Of a DNA stretch of 64,000 nucleotides, positions 10,427-21,754 are shown in pieces. The stretch is from the NCBI GenBank assembly GCA_965240325.2, contig OZ251239.1:496001-560000 (forward strand), given 5' to 3'. The position numbers and the translations under genes are program-made. Numbering within the stretch: the stretch's first letter is position 1; each line of letters opens with the position of its first letter. Source of the stretch: Rebecca billardiae RCC1528. Its lineage: Eukaryota > Protista > Haptophyta. The notes beneath the pieces were generated by a model that worked only from the letters and a program-made list of their open reading frames with translations, had not been told where the DNA came from and did not search any database.

Positions 10427-10591
10427 CAAGGGCGTTCCCGGGATCCTGCCACACGCTCCCGAAAAGCAAAGCCCCCCCTGGGGGGGCTTTGCCTTTTTCC
10501 GTATTCAATGTACCCGCTTCAAATGGACGAAGCCCGTTCCAATAGGAAGACGGTTCAATTTGGCGTATGACCGATGCGGGGAACGCCCCTG
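10427..10591. mobile_element. Possible 165-bp miniature inverted-repeat element with internal hairpin
   Basis: CAAGGGCGTTCCC ... GGGAACGCCCCTG (12/13 inverted match); hairpin GCAAAGCCCCCCC-T-GGGGGGGCTTTGC near 10466-10492; no TSD found. Confidence 0.4.
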
Positions 10592-10998
10592 AGTACAGCA
10601 GTATTCGACGTTGGCAACACGATTGACACGTGATTCTCAAACATGGGCGAGGCGGAGCCTTTGCCTCGCGCAGCGCGCGTCTGACGCACCCATGTGCCTC
10701 GCTCATGTGCACGGCAATGCAGCGCATGACGCGTTTGAGCACGGCAATGTGCGTCGCCGACACGTCGAGGGGGTCCACCCCCGGCATGTGCAGCCCGAGC
10801 GTCTCGTGCAGCCCCCGAGGTTGAGGCATCGCGAGACGCAGGACATCGCCCCGTGCGCGCTTAATTAATTAACATGGAGTCCAGTCCTTGATTCCAGTCC
10901 TTGATTCCTTTGCCTGGACTCGTGTGAGTTATAGGTCGGGTCGCCTGAACGGGCCGTGGACGGGTGGTGAGCACCACGGCGCGCATCAGTGGCGCGTG

Positions 10999-13900
10999 AT
11001 GCGCGCCTGCGCCGCTCGCCGCCGGGCGCTGGCGTACGTACTGCTGCAGCTCGCATGGCACGCGACAGCAAGCCCCCAACAGGAGCCGCTCGCGCAGCAC
11101 GACCCTTATGAGGCGTGCATCGCCGCGCCCGCCGGATGCACGGACCTGGAGGTCGGCGGCGGCACCGACGCTGATCTGACCGGCGCGCTGCCCGAGTCGA
11201 TCGGCCAGCTGACCGCGCTGACGTACCTCAGGATGAACGATCACGCGCAACTTGCCGGGACTCTCCCTACGGAGCTCGGGCTGCTCACCGCCCTCGCCGA
11301 GCTGAGCCTGGAGAAGAATGGCCTCACTGGCGCGATCCCCAGTGAGCTTGCGGCTTGCACGCGGCTTGGCAGCATCGACATTCGGTCAAACGTGCTCACG
11401 GGGCCACTGCCGAGCGAGCTCTCAGCCCTCACGGGCGTGACAAGCCTCACCGCCAACGGCAACTCACTCTCTGGCACGCTGCCGGGGCCGCTCGGAGGGA
11501 TGACGTTGCTGTCGGTGCTCACGCTCAACACCAATGCGTTCGTCGGCTCGCTCGGTAGCGCCTTCTTCCACGCGCTCGGCAGCGTCGTGGAGCTGAAGCT
11601 GCACTCAAACGACCTGACAGGGCCGCTGCCCACCGAGCTGGGCGCGGCGATACCCCTCGCTGAGCTCCTCAAGCTCGGCGTGAACACGCTCACGTCAAGC
11701 TTGCCGACCGAGCTCGGCGCGCTCACGCGTCTGATCGAGCTCTCGACGGGCAGCAACGCGCAGACGGGCGTGCTGCCGACGGAGCTCGGACGGCTCACCA
11801 CGCTCGTGAACTTTGACGCGAAGAGCATGCCGGGCATCGTCGGCACGGTCCCCACCGAGGTGGCCCTGCTCACGGCGCTCAGCAGCTTTGACGTGGGCGG
11901 CACCGGCGTGTGCAGCGGCAGCAACGAGTCGTACGTCGGGTTCTGGCTGGGGGTGCCCACGTGCGCGCCGCCGAGCCCGCCGCCGAGCCCGCCGCCAACC
12001 CCGCCGCCAACCCCGCCGCCAACCCCGCCGCTGCTCTACGTCGGCTCGCACGCCGTCCTCTCGCGCACGCTCGGCACGCTGCCCGCAGCCATCCCGGCCG
12101 TCGATGTGTCCGGGCGGCGGCACGGCGCGTACGGCGTGGGCGACGTGGACGGCGACGGCGTGCCCGACATGGCGCTGAGCGACGCGCGCAACGACGACGG
12201 CGGCCCGGAACGCGGCGCCGTGCACCTGCTCTTGATGCACGCGAACGGCACTGTGCGCGCCTTCCAGACGATCTCGTCGACGCAGGGCGGGCTGGTCGGG
12301 CCTCTGAGCAATGGCGACCACTTCGGCAACGCGGTCGACGCCGTGGGTGACCTCGACGGCGACGGCGTCGTGGACATCGTCACAGGGGCGTTCAAGGACG
12401 GCGACGGCGCGAGCTTCGCGGGCGCGGTGTACGTGCTCTTCCTCCGCGCCGATGGGACAGTCGAGCGCGAGCAGAAGATCTCGAACAGCGCCGGCGGGCT
12501 CTCGCTCGGACTGTCGAGCTCGGCGCAGTTTGGCAAGAACGTCGCCTACCTCGGCGACCTCGACGGGAACAGCCTCCCCGAGATTGTGTCGAGCAGCTCC
12601 ACGGCGACCGAGGCCGTGTACATCATCGAGCTCAACACAGACGGCACGGCCGCCTCCGGCCGCCGGATCGAGGTGGCGAGCCTGCGCGCGCTCGGCGCGG
12701 CGCCGAGCGGCGGTGTCGGCCACTCCGTTGCCGCACTCGGCGACGTCGACGGCGACGGCGTGCCCGACGCCGCCGTCGCCACGACGGACGAGCAGGCGTA
12801 CGTGCTCTTCCTCCGGGCCAACGGCACCGTGCGCAACGTCACCGCGCTGCACGCCTCGGTGGACGGCATCGTCGCGGGCGACAGATTCGGTGGCGGCCAC
12901 CTCACAGGCATCGGCGACGTAGATTATGACGGCGTGCCCGACGTCGCAGTGACGGCGCCCCTCTCCGACGAAGGCGGCGCGAAGCGCGGCAAGCTGTACG
13001 TGCTCCTCCTCAACAGCGACGGGAGTGCGCGCCAGTCGTTCGCCTTCTCGTCGACGCAGGGGCCGCTGCCCGTCGAGCTGGCGGACGGCGAGCGATTCGG
13101 CGACCGCGTGAGCCTTGTCGGGGACCTGGCCGGGGACGGGACGATGACGCTCGCCGTCGGCAGCCAGCCAGGCGGGCAGGCGAAGCTGCACCTCCTGAGC
13201 TTCGTGGTGCCGAGCGCGCCGCCGAGCCCGCCGAGCAGCCCGCCGCCACCCCCGCACCCGCCATCGATCTGCTTCTCCGCGGCCGACGGCTCAGACTATC
13301 GCGGCAGCGTGCGGAGCACGGCAAACGGACGCGCGTGCCAGGAGTGGACGAGCCAAGCGCCCCACGCGCACACGCGCACGCCCGAGAACTACCCGGACGC
13401 CGGGCTCGGCGAGCACAACTACTGCCGCAACCCGGACGGCGAGCCGGTGCGCGCCGTGCGCGCGTGTGGCGATGCGCGAGCCGTGCGCGCCGTGCGTGTC
13501 TGTGCGCGCCGCCGCGCGCACACCGCGTGAGCGAGTGCCGGCGCCGCTACTGTGGACGGGCGTGCCCCACTCGCCTCCGCCCCGGCGCCCCGGCGCAGGC
13601 GCCCTGGTGCTACACACTCGACCCCGACATGCGGTGGGAGCTATGTGATGTGCCCGTGTGCCCCAGCCCGAGCCCGCCGCCGCCTCCACTGATGCCGCCG
13701 CCGAGCCCGCCGCCGCCGCTGCCACCGACGCCGCCGCCGAGCCCACCGCCACCGCCGCCACCGACACCGCCGCCGAGCCCGCCGCCGCCGCCGCCGCCGA
13801 TGCCACCGCCGAGCCCTCCGCCACCGCCACCACCGACGCCTCCGCCGAGCCCGCCGCCGCCACCGCCACCGACACCGCCGCCGAGCCCGCCACCGCCGCC

Positions 13901-14066
13901 ACCACCGACGCCACCGCCCAGCCCACCCCCAAGCCCTCTGCCGCCGAGCCCACCGCCGCCCAGCCCACCGCCTCCAAACCCACCGCCACCGAACCCACCG
14001 CCGCCACCGCCGCCCGTGCCGCCGCCGACCCCACCGCCACCGCCGCCGCCGACGCCGCCGCCCAGC

Positions 14067-14101
<35 letters not shown>

Positions 14102-17100
14102 CCCGCTGCCACCGCCACCGCCCTCGCCACCACCCAGCCCGCCGCCACCGCCACCACCGACGCCGCCGCCGAGCCCACCGCCACTCTCGCCGCCCGTGCC
14201 GCCGCCGAGCCCACCGCCGAGCCCGCCGCCGCCTCCGCCGCCCGCACCGCCACCGAGCCCGCCGCCGCCGCCGCCGCCTGCGCCGCCGCCGAGCCTGCCT
14301 CCGCTCCCGCCGCCGCCGCCGAGCCCGCCCAAGCCGCCGCCGTCGCCGCCGAGCGATCTGTCGGCGCCAACGCTCGAGGAGGCGACGTTCAGCGCGGCGG
14401 GCGGGCGGCTCGTCCTCCGCTTCTCCGCCTTCCCCGCCACCGATCGCGCGGGCATGCCCCCGAGCGGGGTGTCGGCGTGCGCGGCCGTGCTCGACGACGC
14501 GACGCTCGCGCTCGTGCGCGGCGACGGCGATTCGGCGCCGCAGTGCTACTGGGAGGCCGGCAGCACGCGGCTCGTCGTGCTGCTCGGCGCGCTCACGGCC
14601 GTGCGCCCGGGCTCGCGCGTCGGCGTGCGCGACGGCGTGCTCGCGCCCGCACGCCTCGTCGCCGAGGGTGGCGCGTGCCCGGACCCTCTGTGCGCGGCCA
14701 ACGCGTCGGCGCTCATCAACGCGACGCACCCGTGCGCCGGCCGAGCGTGCCCCGCACCGACCGCGGTGCTGAGCGCGCCCGCCGTCCTCTCAGACTGCCC
14801 TGACGCGAGCGTGGCGCTTGACGGCTCGGGCTCGTACGGCGGCGGCGTCGGCGCGCTGCTCTACACGTGGCGCGCTGGCGCGCTGAGCGACAACTCGGCC
14901 GCGCTCGACGCGCGGCTTGGCGCGCTCAGCGCCGACGCCGCGAGTGTGATGCTCGGCGGTGCGGATGGGCTGCTGCAGAACGGGACGAGCTTCGAGTTCG
15001 TGCTCGTCGTGCAGTCGACCGTATTCGGCGTTCCCTCGCACCCGACGGTCGTGCGCGTCGGCCGCTCGGGCCGCGGCGCGACGCCGACCGTCAGACTCGA
15101 CGGCCCCGCGGAGCGCACGGCGCGCTCGTCCGAGGCGCTCAGCGTGCGCGCGAGCGCGAGCCTCGCGTCGTGCTTCGACGCGTCGGCGGCGGCGTACGCC
15201 ATCGACTGGACGTGGGCGCACGCGGGCACGCTCGTGAGCGCGACGGGCGAGCCCGCGAGCGACGTCGCGCCCCTCGAGCTGGGCGCGGCGCGCACAGGCA
15301 CGCTCGCCCTCGCGCCGTCGACGCTGTACGCGGGCCGCGAGTACGAGTTGGTCGTGCGCGCCGCGATGCGCTCGATGCCCGACGCGCACGCCGAGCAGAG
15401 CGTGCGCGTGCGCGTCGAGAGCGACACGCTCGTCGCCACGCTCGCGGGCGGGAGCGTGCGCCGCGTCGCGGCCGCCGCGGACATCGAGGTCGACGCGTCC
15501 GCTTCGTTCGACCCGACGCGCCTCCCACCCGCGCTCGGCAACGGCGCGCTGACGTTTGCGTGGAGGCTACTGTCCTATGGCTCGAGCGCGGCCGTGCGCG
15601 TGCGCAGCAGCGGCGAGGTCGACGACGCGGGCGTCGAGCCCGAGCGCGTGGGCATCGGCGCGAGCACGGGGAGTGCGCGGGCAGTGCTCGCCATCGCGGG
15701 CGGCACGCTGAGCGTGGGCACGTACACGGCAACCGTCGTCGTCGGCGCGGCGGACGGGCGCACCGCGTCCGCGTCGGTCGCGCTGCTCGTCGTGGTGACG
15801 CCGACGCCGGTCGTCGCACTCAAGGCGCTCACGCGCACCGTCTTCAACGCGGACGAGAAGCTCGCGCTCACCGTCGGCTCAGTGTCGCTCGCGTCGGCCG
15901 AGGCGACGGCGGCGCTGCTCGTGCACGCCGGCGTGGCCTCGAGCGCGGCGGACGCGGCGGCGCGCAACCTGACCGCCGACGACGTGCCGTGGCGGTACGC
16001 ATGGACGGCCGGCCTGCTCGCGGACGGGGTCGGCGACACGGGTGGCGCGGCGCTTGACCTCGCCGATAGCGGTGGCGTGACGACGACCGGCGCGGCGCAG
16101 CCCAACCTCGCGATCCGCGCGGGCGTGCTCGCCGCGGGCGCAACGTACGCGTTCGAGCTGACCGTGCGCACACCCGCCGGCGCGGACGTTGCGGTGGGCG
16201 ACGGCTCGATCGCGATCACCGTCACGCTCAACCAGCCGCCGTACGGTGGCGCGGTCACGGTCGAGCCGACGTCGGGCACGGCGGGCTCGACCGAGTTTGC
16301 CGTGCGAGCGTTGGGCTGGTCGGACGACGACGGTACCGACCACCTGCCGCTGCGCTACGCCTTCTCGTACGAGCCCGCAGCGGGCGCGCCGGCGGACGGC
16401 TCGGGCGCGCGCGCGCTTGGCGACACGGCGTCGCTCTCGCCGACGTCGAGCGCCTTCCTGCCCGCCGGCGCGCACCGCGTGCTCGTGCGCGTGAGCGACA
16501 GCTACGGCGCGGGCGTGCTCGAGCGCGCACCGAGCATCGTCGAGGTGGCCGAGCTCGAGCTGGACGACGGCGCGGTGTCCGCCGTCCTCCTCGTCATCGA
16601 CCTCGCTGGCGCGACCGGCGCGTCAGCAACCGTCTACCAGCTCGCCTCGTCGCTCGCCGCCGCGCTCGACGGAGCGGCGGCGGGCGGCTCTGACGGTCCC
16701 GCCGCGAACGCGAGCGCGCCGGGCGGCGGCGACGACGACGACGACGAGGGCGGCGGCGGCTCGCTCGACCTCGAGACGGCGCGCTCGGCGCGGCTCGCGC
16801 TGGTCCGCTCGCTCGACGCGGCAGCGAGCGCGCTCGACGACTCCGCCATCTCGACGAGCATCGTGCGCGTGCGCGCCGAGTCAGCGCACGCCGTGCTGGG
16901 TGCGAGCGCGCAGCTGTCCGCGGACGCGCAGGTCGAGGGCGCGCGTCTCGCGCTCGGCCTCGCCACCGCGGCGGAGGCGGTCGGCATCGACGACGCGTCG
17001 GCGCAGCTCTTCGCCGCCACCCTCTCCTCCCTCCTCGACGCCAACGCGTCCGAGCTCTCGGCCGGGTACAACGGCACCACGGCCGCGCGTAACGACGCGG

Positions 17101-20100
17101 TCGCCGGCGCGGCGCTCGCGCTCACGCGCGCGCTGGCGCGCGAGCTCGTCGCGGGTGAGGGCGCACGCGAGGCGCTCTCGGGCACGGTGAACGTGAGTGC
17201 GACGCGCGCGCGCGCGCGCAAGCTCGGCAGCTCGACGCTCGGCGCGCCGGGCAGCGCGGACGGCGGCGTGAAGCTGCCTGCGGCCGCGCTCGACGCGGCC
17301 GGCGGCGCGGGCGCGCTGCCGGACGGCGTCGACGTCGCGATCGCGCTCTTCGGCGTGAACGTGCACGCGGGCGGCGGGAGCAACGCGATCGGCGCGGTCG
17401 CGCTCGGCGCGCTCGGCACGAGCGTGCTCGCCATCGCGCTGAGCGCGCCCTCCGCCGACGGCGGCGCGGGCGACGAGATCGCAGTGCGAGGCACCGCCGA
17501 GCTCATTCTGATCCTGATCCCGCTGCTCGGCGGCGGCGACGGCGGTGACGGCAGCGGCGGCGGCGGCGGCGGGCTCGAGCGCGCGTGTCGTTTCTGGAAC
17601 ACCTCGCTCGCGCAGTGGGACGGGCGCGGCTGCGCGCCGAGCGCCGCGTCCGTACAGCCCGACGGCGCGCTCGCGTGCGAGTGCGACCACCTCACCGACT
17701 TCGGCGGGCTGTACGTGCCCGAGACGTCGGAGGAGCTCGCCGACGAGGTCGCCTCCGTCTCGCTCAACACGATCAGCGCCGACGACGTGGCGGGCACGCT
17801 CGCAGCGGGGCCGACGGCGGAGGTCCTCAGGGAGAACCGCTCGGCGTTCATCCTCGTCCTCTGCCTCGGCACTTCGAATGCGCTCGCGCTCGCGTGCGCG
17901 TGCGCGCTCGACCGGCGCGCGAGCCTCGCGCGCGCGAGGCGCGAGGCGGGCGCGGCCGGCGGGGCGCCGCTCGCCGGCGCCGCGCCCGCCGCGGCCGCGC
18001 ACGCGCCGGCCATGCGGAAGCCTACGCCGCCACCGGAGGCGGCAGGCGCAGCATGCGCGGCCGGCGGTGCGCCGCCCGGCCGCGGCAGCGCCGGCGCCCG
18101 CGTGGTGCGGCCGGTGAGCCGGCTGAGCGCGCCCTCGTCCTCGGTCGGCGCTCGCCTCTGCTGCAGCACCTCGACGACAGACGCGGTGGCGACGGCGGCC
18201 GAGGACAAGGAGGGCAGCCTTGAGGTGCTCGCAGCCGCGGCTGAGGCGGCGGCCGCCGCGGAGACGCCGCCCGGTAGTGCGCGTGGCGAGGGCGCACCGG
18301 CACGCGTGCCGCCGCCGCCGCCGCCGCCAGCGCCGCCGCCGCCGAGCCCGCCCCCCGCCGCCGCCACCGACACCGACACCGTCGCCGACGCCGGTGGCGC
18401 CGCAGATGCCGACGCGACTGCCCTTGCCGAGGCTGAGACGGAGTCTGAGTCCGAGTCCGCCGGCAGCGCCGACGCGGACAGGGACGCGGACGCTGACGCA
18501 GACACGCCCGCTGACGTCGACACAGATGCTGACGTGGACACCGACGCTGATGCCGACGCAGACACCGCGGCGGATGCCGATGCCGGCGCCGACGCGGACG
18601 CCGACGCGGACGCCGACGAGGACGCCGATGGGCACGCCGACGCCGACGCCTACGACGAAGCCGAAGCCGACGCCGAGGCTGCAGCCGAGGGCCGCCGCCA
18701 CCAGCACGCACGCCAGGACGCGAGGGTGCCGCCGCCACCGGCACGCTCGGCGGCGGCGTCCTTGCCGTCGTCGTCCGTGGCCGCTACCACCGCGCAGCAC
18801 ACCGCCGCGCAGCGCGCCGCCGCGCAGCGCGCCGCCGGCACACTCGCGCTCCGGGCGCGCGAGTCGCCCTCGCGCCGCGAAGCCGGTGCTGAGGAGGCGG
18901 CGGGAGGGCGCACGCACGCGCACGCGGCGAGCGCGGTTGACGCCCTCGCAGACCGCGTCGAGGATGGGCTCGACCGCGTGGACGCGGCGCGGCGCGCGGC
19001 CGAGCTCGCCGCCGCGAAGGCCCTCGAGAAGCATGGGCGCGGGCGCCTGCAGGCGCTCGCGGCCGAGCGCGCCGCGCAGATGGAGGCGGAGGCGCCCGCG
19101 GCGGAGGAGCTCGCGCGCGACACGGAGCATCGCGTGACGCGACGGATCCGCACGCTGGGCGAGGCGCTGCGCACCGAGCACACGCTGCTCGCGCTCGCGT
19201 TCGCGCGCGCGGAGGACGAGGGCCTCTCGCGCGCCGAGTACGTGCAGGTCTTCTTCAACATGCTCGCTCTCGAGGCGCTGCTTGAGTGCCTCGCGTTCAG
19301 CGGCGTGCCTGACTCCGACGCGCCGATCCGGCTGGTGCCGCTGCTGATCCTCGCCGTGTTCGTGGCGCTGGTCTCCGCGCCCGCGCTGATGCTCTTCCAC
19401 CTCGCGTTCGCTTCGGGGCACGAGCGCAAGCCGCGCGCGCTCGACCGACTGTTCCGCGGTGTGCGTGCTCTCGGGGCGGTCGCGAGGCGCGTGCCCACGC
19501 CGGTCGTCTCGCTGCCGGGCACGCCGCGCTCGATGACGCCGCGCTCGGTGGCGGGCACCCCGCGCTCGGTGGGCCAGCGCGCGGCGCAGCGCGCCGCCGG
19601 CGCAGCGCACCCTGGCTCCGCCGCGAGCGCGGCGCGCAGCAGCTGCCCGGCCGCGCCGGGCGCGCACGCGACGACGACGACCGACCAGCAGCCGCCGCCG
19701 CCGCGCGCCGAGCGGCGCACCGCACCACGCGCGGCCCGCCCGCCCTCGGATGGCGGCTCCGCCGTGCACGACGACGGTTACGCCGTGCAGTACGCAGCCT
19801 CGCCGCCGCTGCCCTCGCCGCTGCGCAGCCCGCCGCGCGCGCGCGCCGACGGCGGCGCGGGCGCGCGCAGCGTGGTGCGCGCGGCTACGGCGGGCGCGAC
19901 GCGTCGCCCGCCGACACTCTGCTCGAGCGGCTCGCCCAGCTTTGGCGCGAGCGCGCCGCCCTCGCCGCCGCCCTCGCCGCCGGGCGCACGCAGCGCGTCG
20001 CCACCAGCGCCGCAGCCGGCGGCTGGCTCCGCGTCGTCGTCGTCGGCTGCGTCGACCCCCGCGAAGGAACGACAGGCCGCGCGGCTGCAGGCCGAGCTGT

Positions 20101-20884
20101 GGCAGCTACGGGCCCTGTTCGAGCTTGCAGACGTCGACCGCTCGGGCGCCATCGAGCAGTCTGAAGTGAAGCTGCTCATCGATGCCATCGCCGCGGCCGA
20201 CCGCGCCGCCGACGAGGCCGGCGGCAACGCAGCCGGCGGCCCGAGCCGCCCGCAGCCGCTCTCACACGCGGAGGCGCGCCGGGTCGCTCGCGAGATGGAC
20301 GCGGACGGCGACGGGCGCGTGCAGCTTGCCGAGCTCGAGGCTTGGTACACGGCGCGGCGCGAGGTGCGCGCGCCGTGCCACGCGCGCCGCGCTAGCGCGC
20401 GATCTGCGAACTCCAGCCCGCGCGCAGAGCGCGGGCTTCTCGCGCCCCCGCGCTGCGCGTGCGCCGGCGGGCGCGCCGGCCGACGCCCAACACCCGCACA
20501 TGTCCGTCCGCGCGCGCACAGCTCGAGGCCGCGCACGCCGAGCGCGCGGAGCGGCTGCGAGGGTGCACGCCGTCCGTGCGCGTGCGCCTCGCGCTCGCGT
20601 GGGCCTTCGCGCTGTGCAGCTGCGCCGTCTTCCTCTTCCTCGTGGTTGTGTACGCGCGCACGTTTGGCGAGCGCAAGTTCCAGGCGCTGGTCGGGCTGTG
20701 GGGCGTGGCGCTCGCGCAGACGTTCACGCTCGAGGAGCCACTGCTCATCGCGCTCTCGCAGGTGCTGCCGTGGCTCATGGAGGCAGTGAGCTCGAACGAG
20801 GCCTTTGCTGTGTTCGTGCACGAGCTGATGGCCACTGGCTTGGCCAAGGCCGTCGGCTCGTGCCTCGCAGCGTTCAAGGGGTGA
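10999..20884 (+). CDS. Giant polycystin-1/PKDREJ-like receptor: signal peptide, LRR, FG-GAP repeats, kringle, Pro-rich stalk, REJ, GPS, ~5 TM, 2 EF-hands; introns 13447-13598 and 20364-20521
   Basis: Plant-type LRRs (LTGAIPSEL); GDVDGDGVPD FG-GAP repeats; kringle HNYCRNPDGEP|APWCYT completed across intron 1; NQPPYGG/FAVRALGWSDDD REJ motif; CRFWN..W...GC...CECDHLTDF GPS; EF loops DVDRSGAIEQSE and DADGDGRVQLAE. Confidence 0.85.
13660..14355 (+). repeat. Coding (CCG/CCA)n low-complexity tract encoding SPPPPPPPTPPP repeats
   Basis: Directly visible. Confidence 0.95.
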
Positions 20885-21754
20885 GGGAGCGCGGATCATG
20901 TGCAGAAGCTAGCTAATGGACACGGTGCCGGCGCCGTCAGACGCTGCTGCGCCCCGCGGTGCGGCGCGCGCCGCTCGGACTACAGTATACTACTATAGCG
21001 CGGCGGGCCTTGTGCCGAGTTCGGAGTTGTGGCTCAGTCACTGGCTCGTCACAGCAGCAGTCGCACTGGCCATCAGGCCGTCTGGAGTCTCGTCACGGGA
21101 CGGTCTGCGGACCGCGGCTCCGTGGTGCCGACTGCTGCTGCCGCTTAATGGTAGTGGTAGTATACGTGTCATGGCGCCGTCGTTACTAAATACTAGTAGT
21201 AGACATACGTCTAGTGTCGTCGTAGTTTACTAGTAGCAGCAGTGATGTGACGCGCGGGGCATTGGGCGTCGTCCGCGTCGTAGAGACTAGCTATATATAT
21301 ATAGATCGATAGAGTCTATACTGTGCGCGCCATCCGCGGGATGATTCGACAGATGATCATGATGATATGAGTATTATTAAATATTAACTATTATGACTCG
21401 TGTGAGTCGTGAGGCGGTTGCGCGCTGCTTCATCGTGACTCACAAGCGAGTCACGTGAGTCATCATGCATCATATATCCTCATCGTCGTCATCCGAGGAC
21501 GATCCGAGTCCCCGGGTGACTAGCCTAACTACACCCTGCATGCTCGGGCAATGCTCGGCAGCTCGTTGCCAGCGGATCCGTGAGTCGCGGCGGGCGCCGG
21601 CGCCGAGCGCCGCCGGGGCACCGGCAGCACACAGCAGCACGCAACAGTCGGGCGATGGCGCGCGGTGGCCGCCGGCACCGGCGACGTTTGCGGCCTGCGG
21701 CGGCGCTCCGGCCGCGTTGTCATCAGCGATTGATCAATCATGAATCATCAGTGC

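Noticed and set aside
13610-14455. Gly-rich minus-strand ORF
   Set aside because: Mirror of the polyproline stalk
16634-19769. Long antisense ORFs (643 and 962 aa)
   Set aside because: Stop-codon scarcity at extreme GC; Arg/Ala-rich shadow frames of the receptor gene
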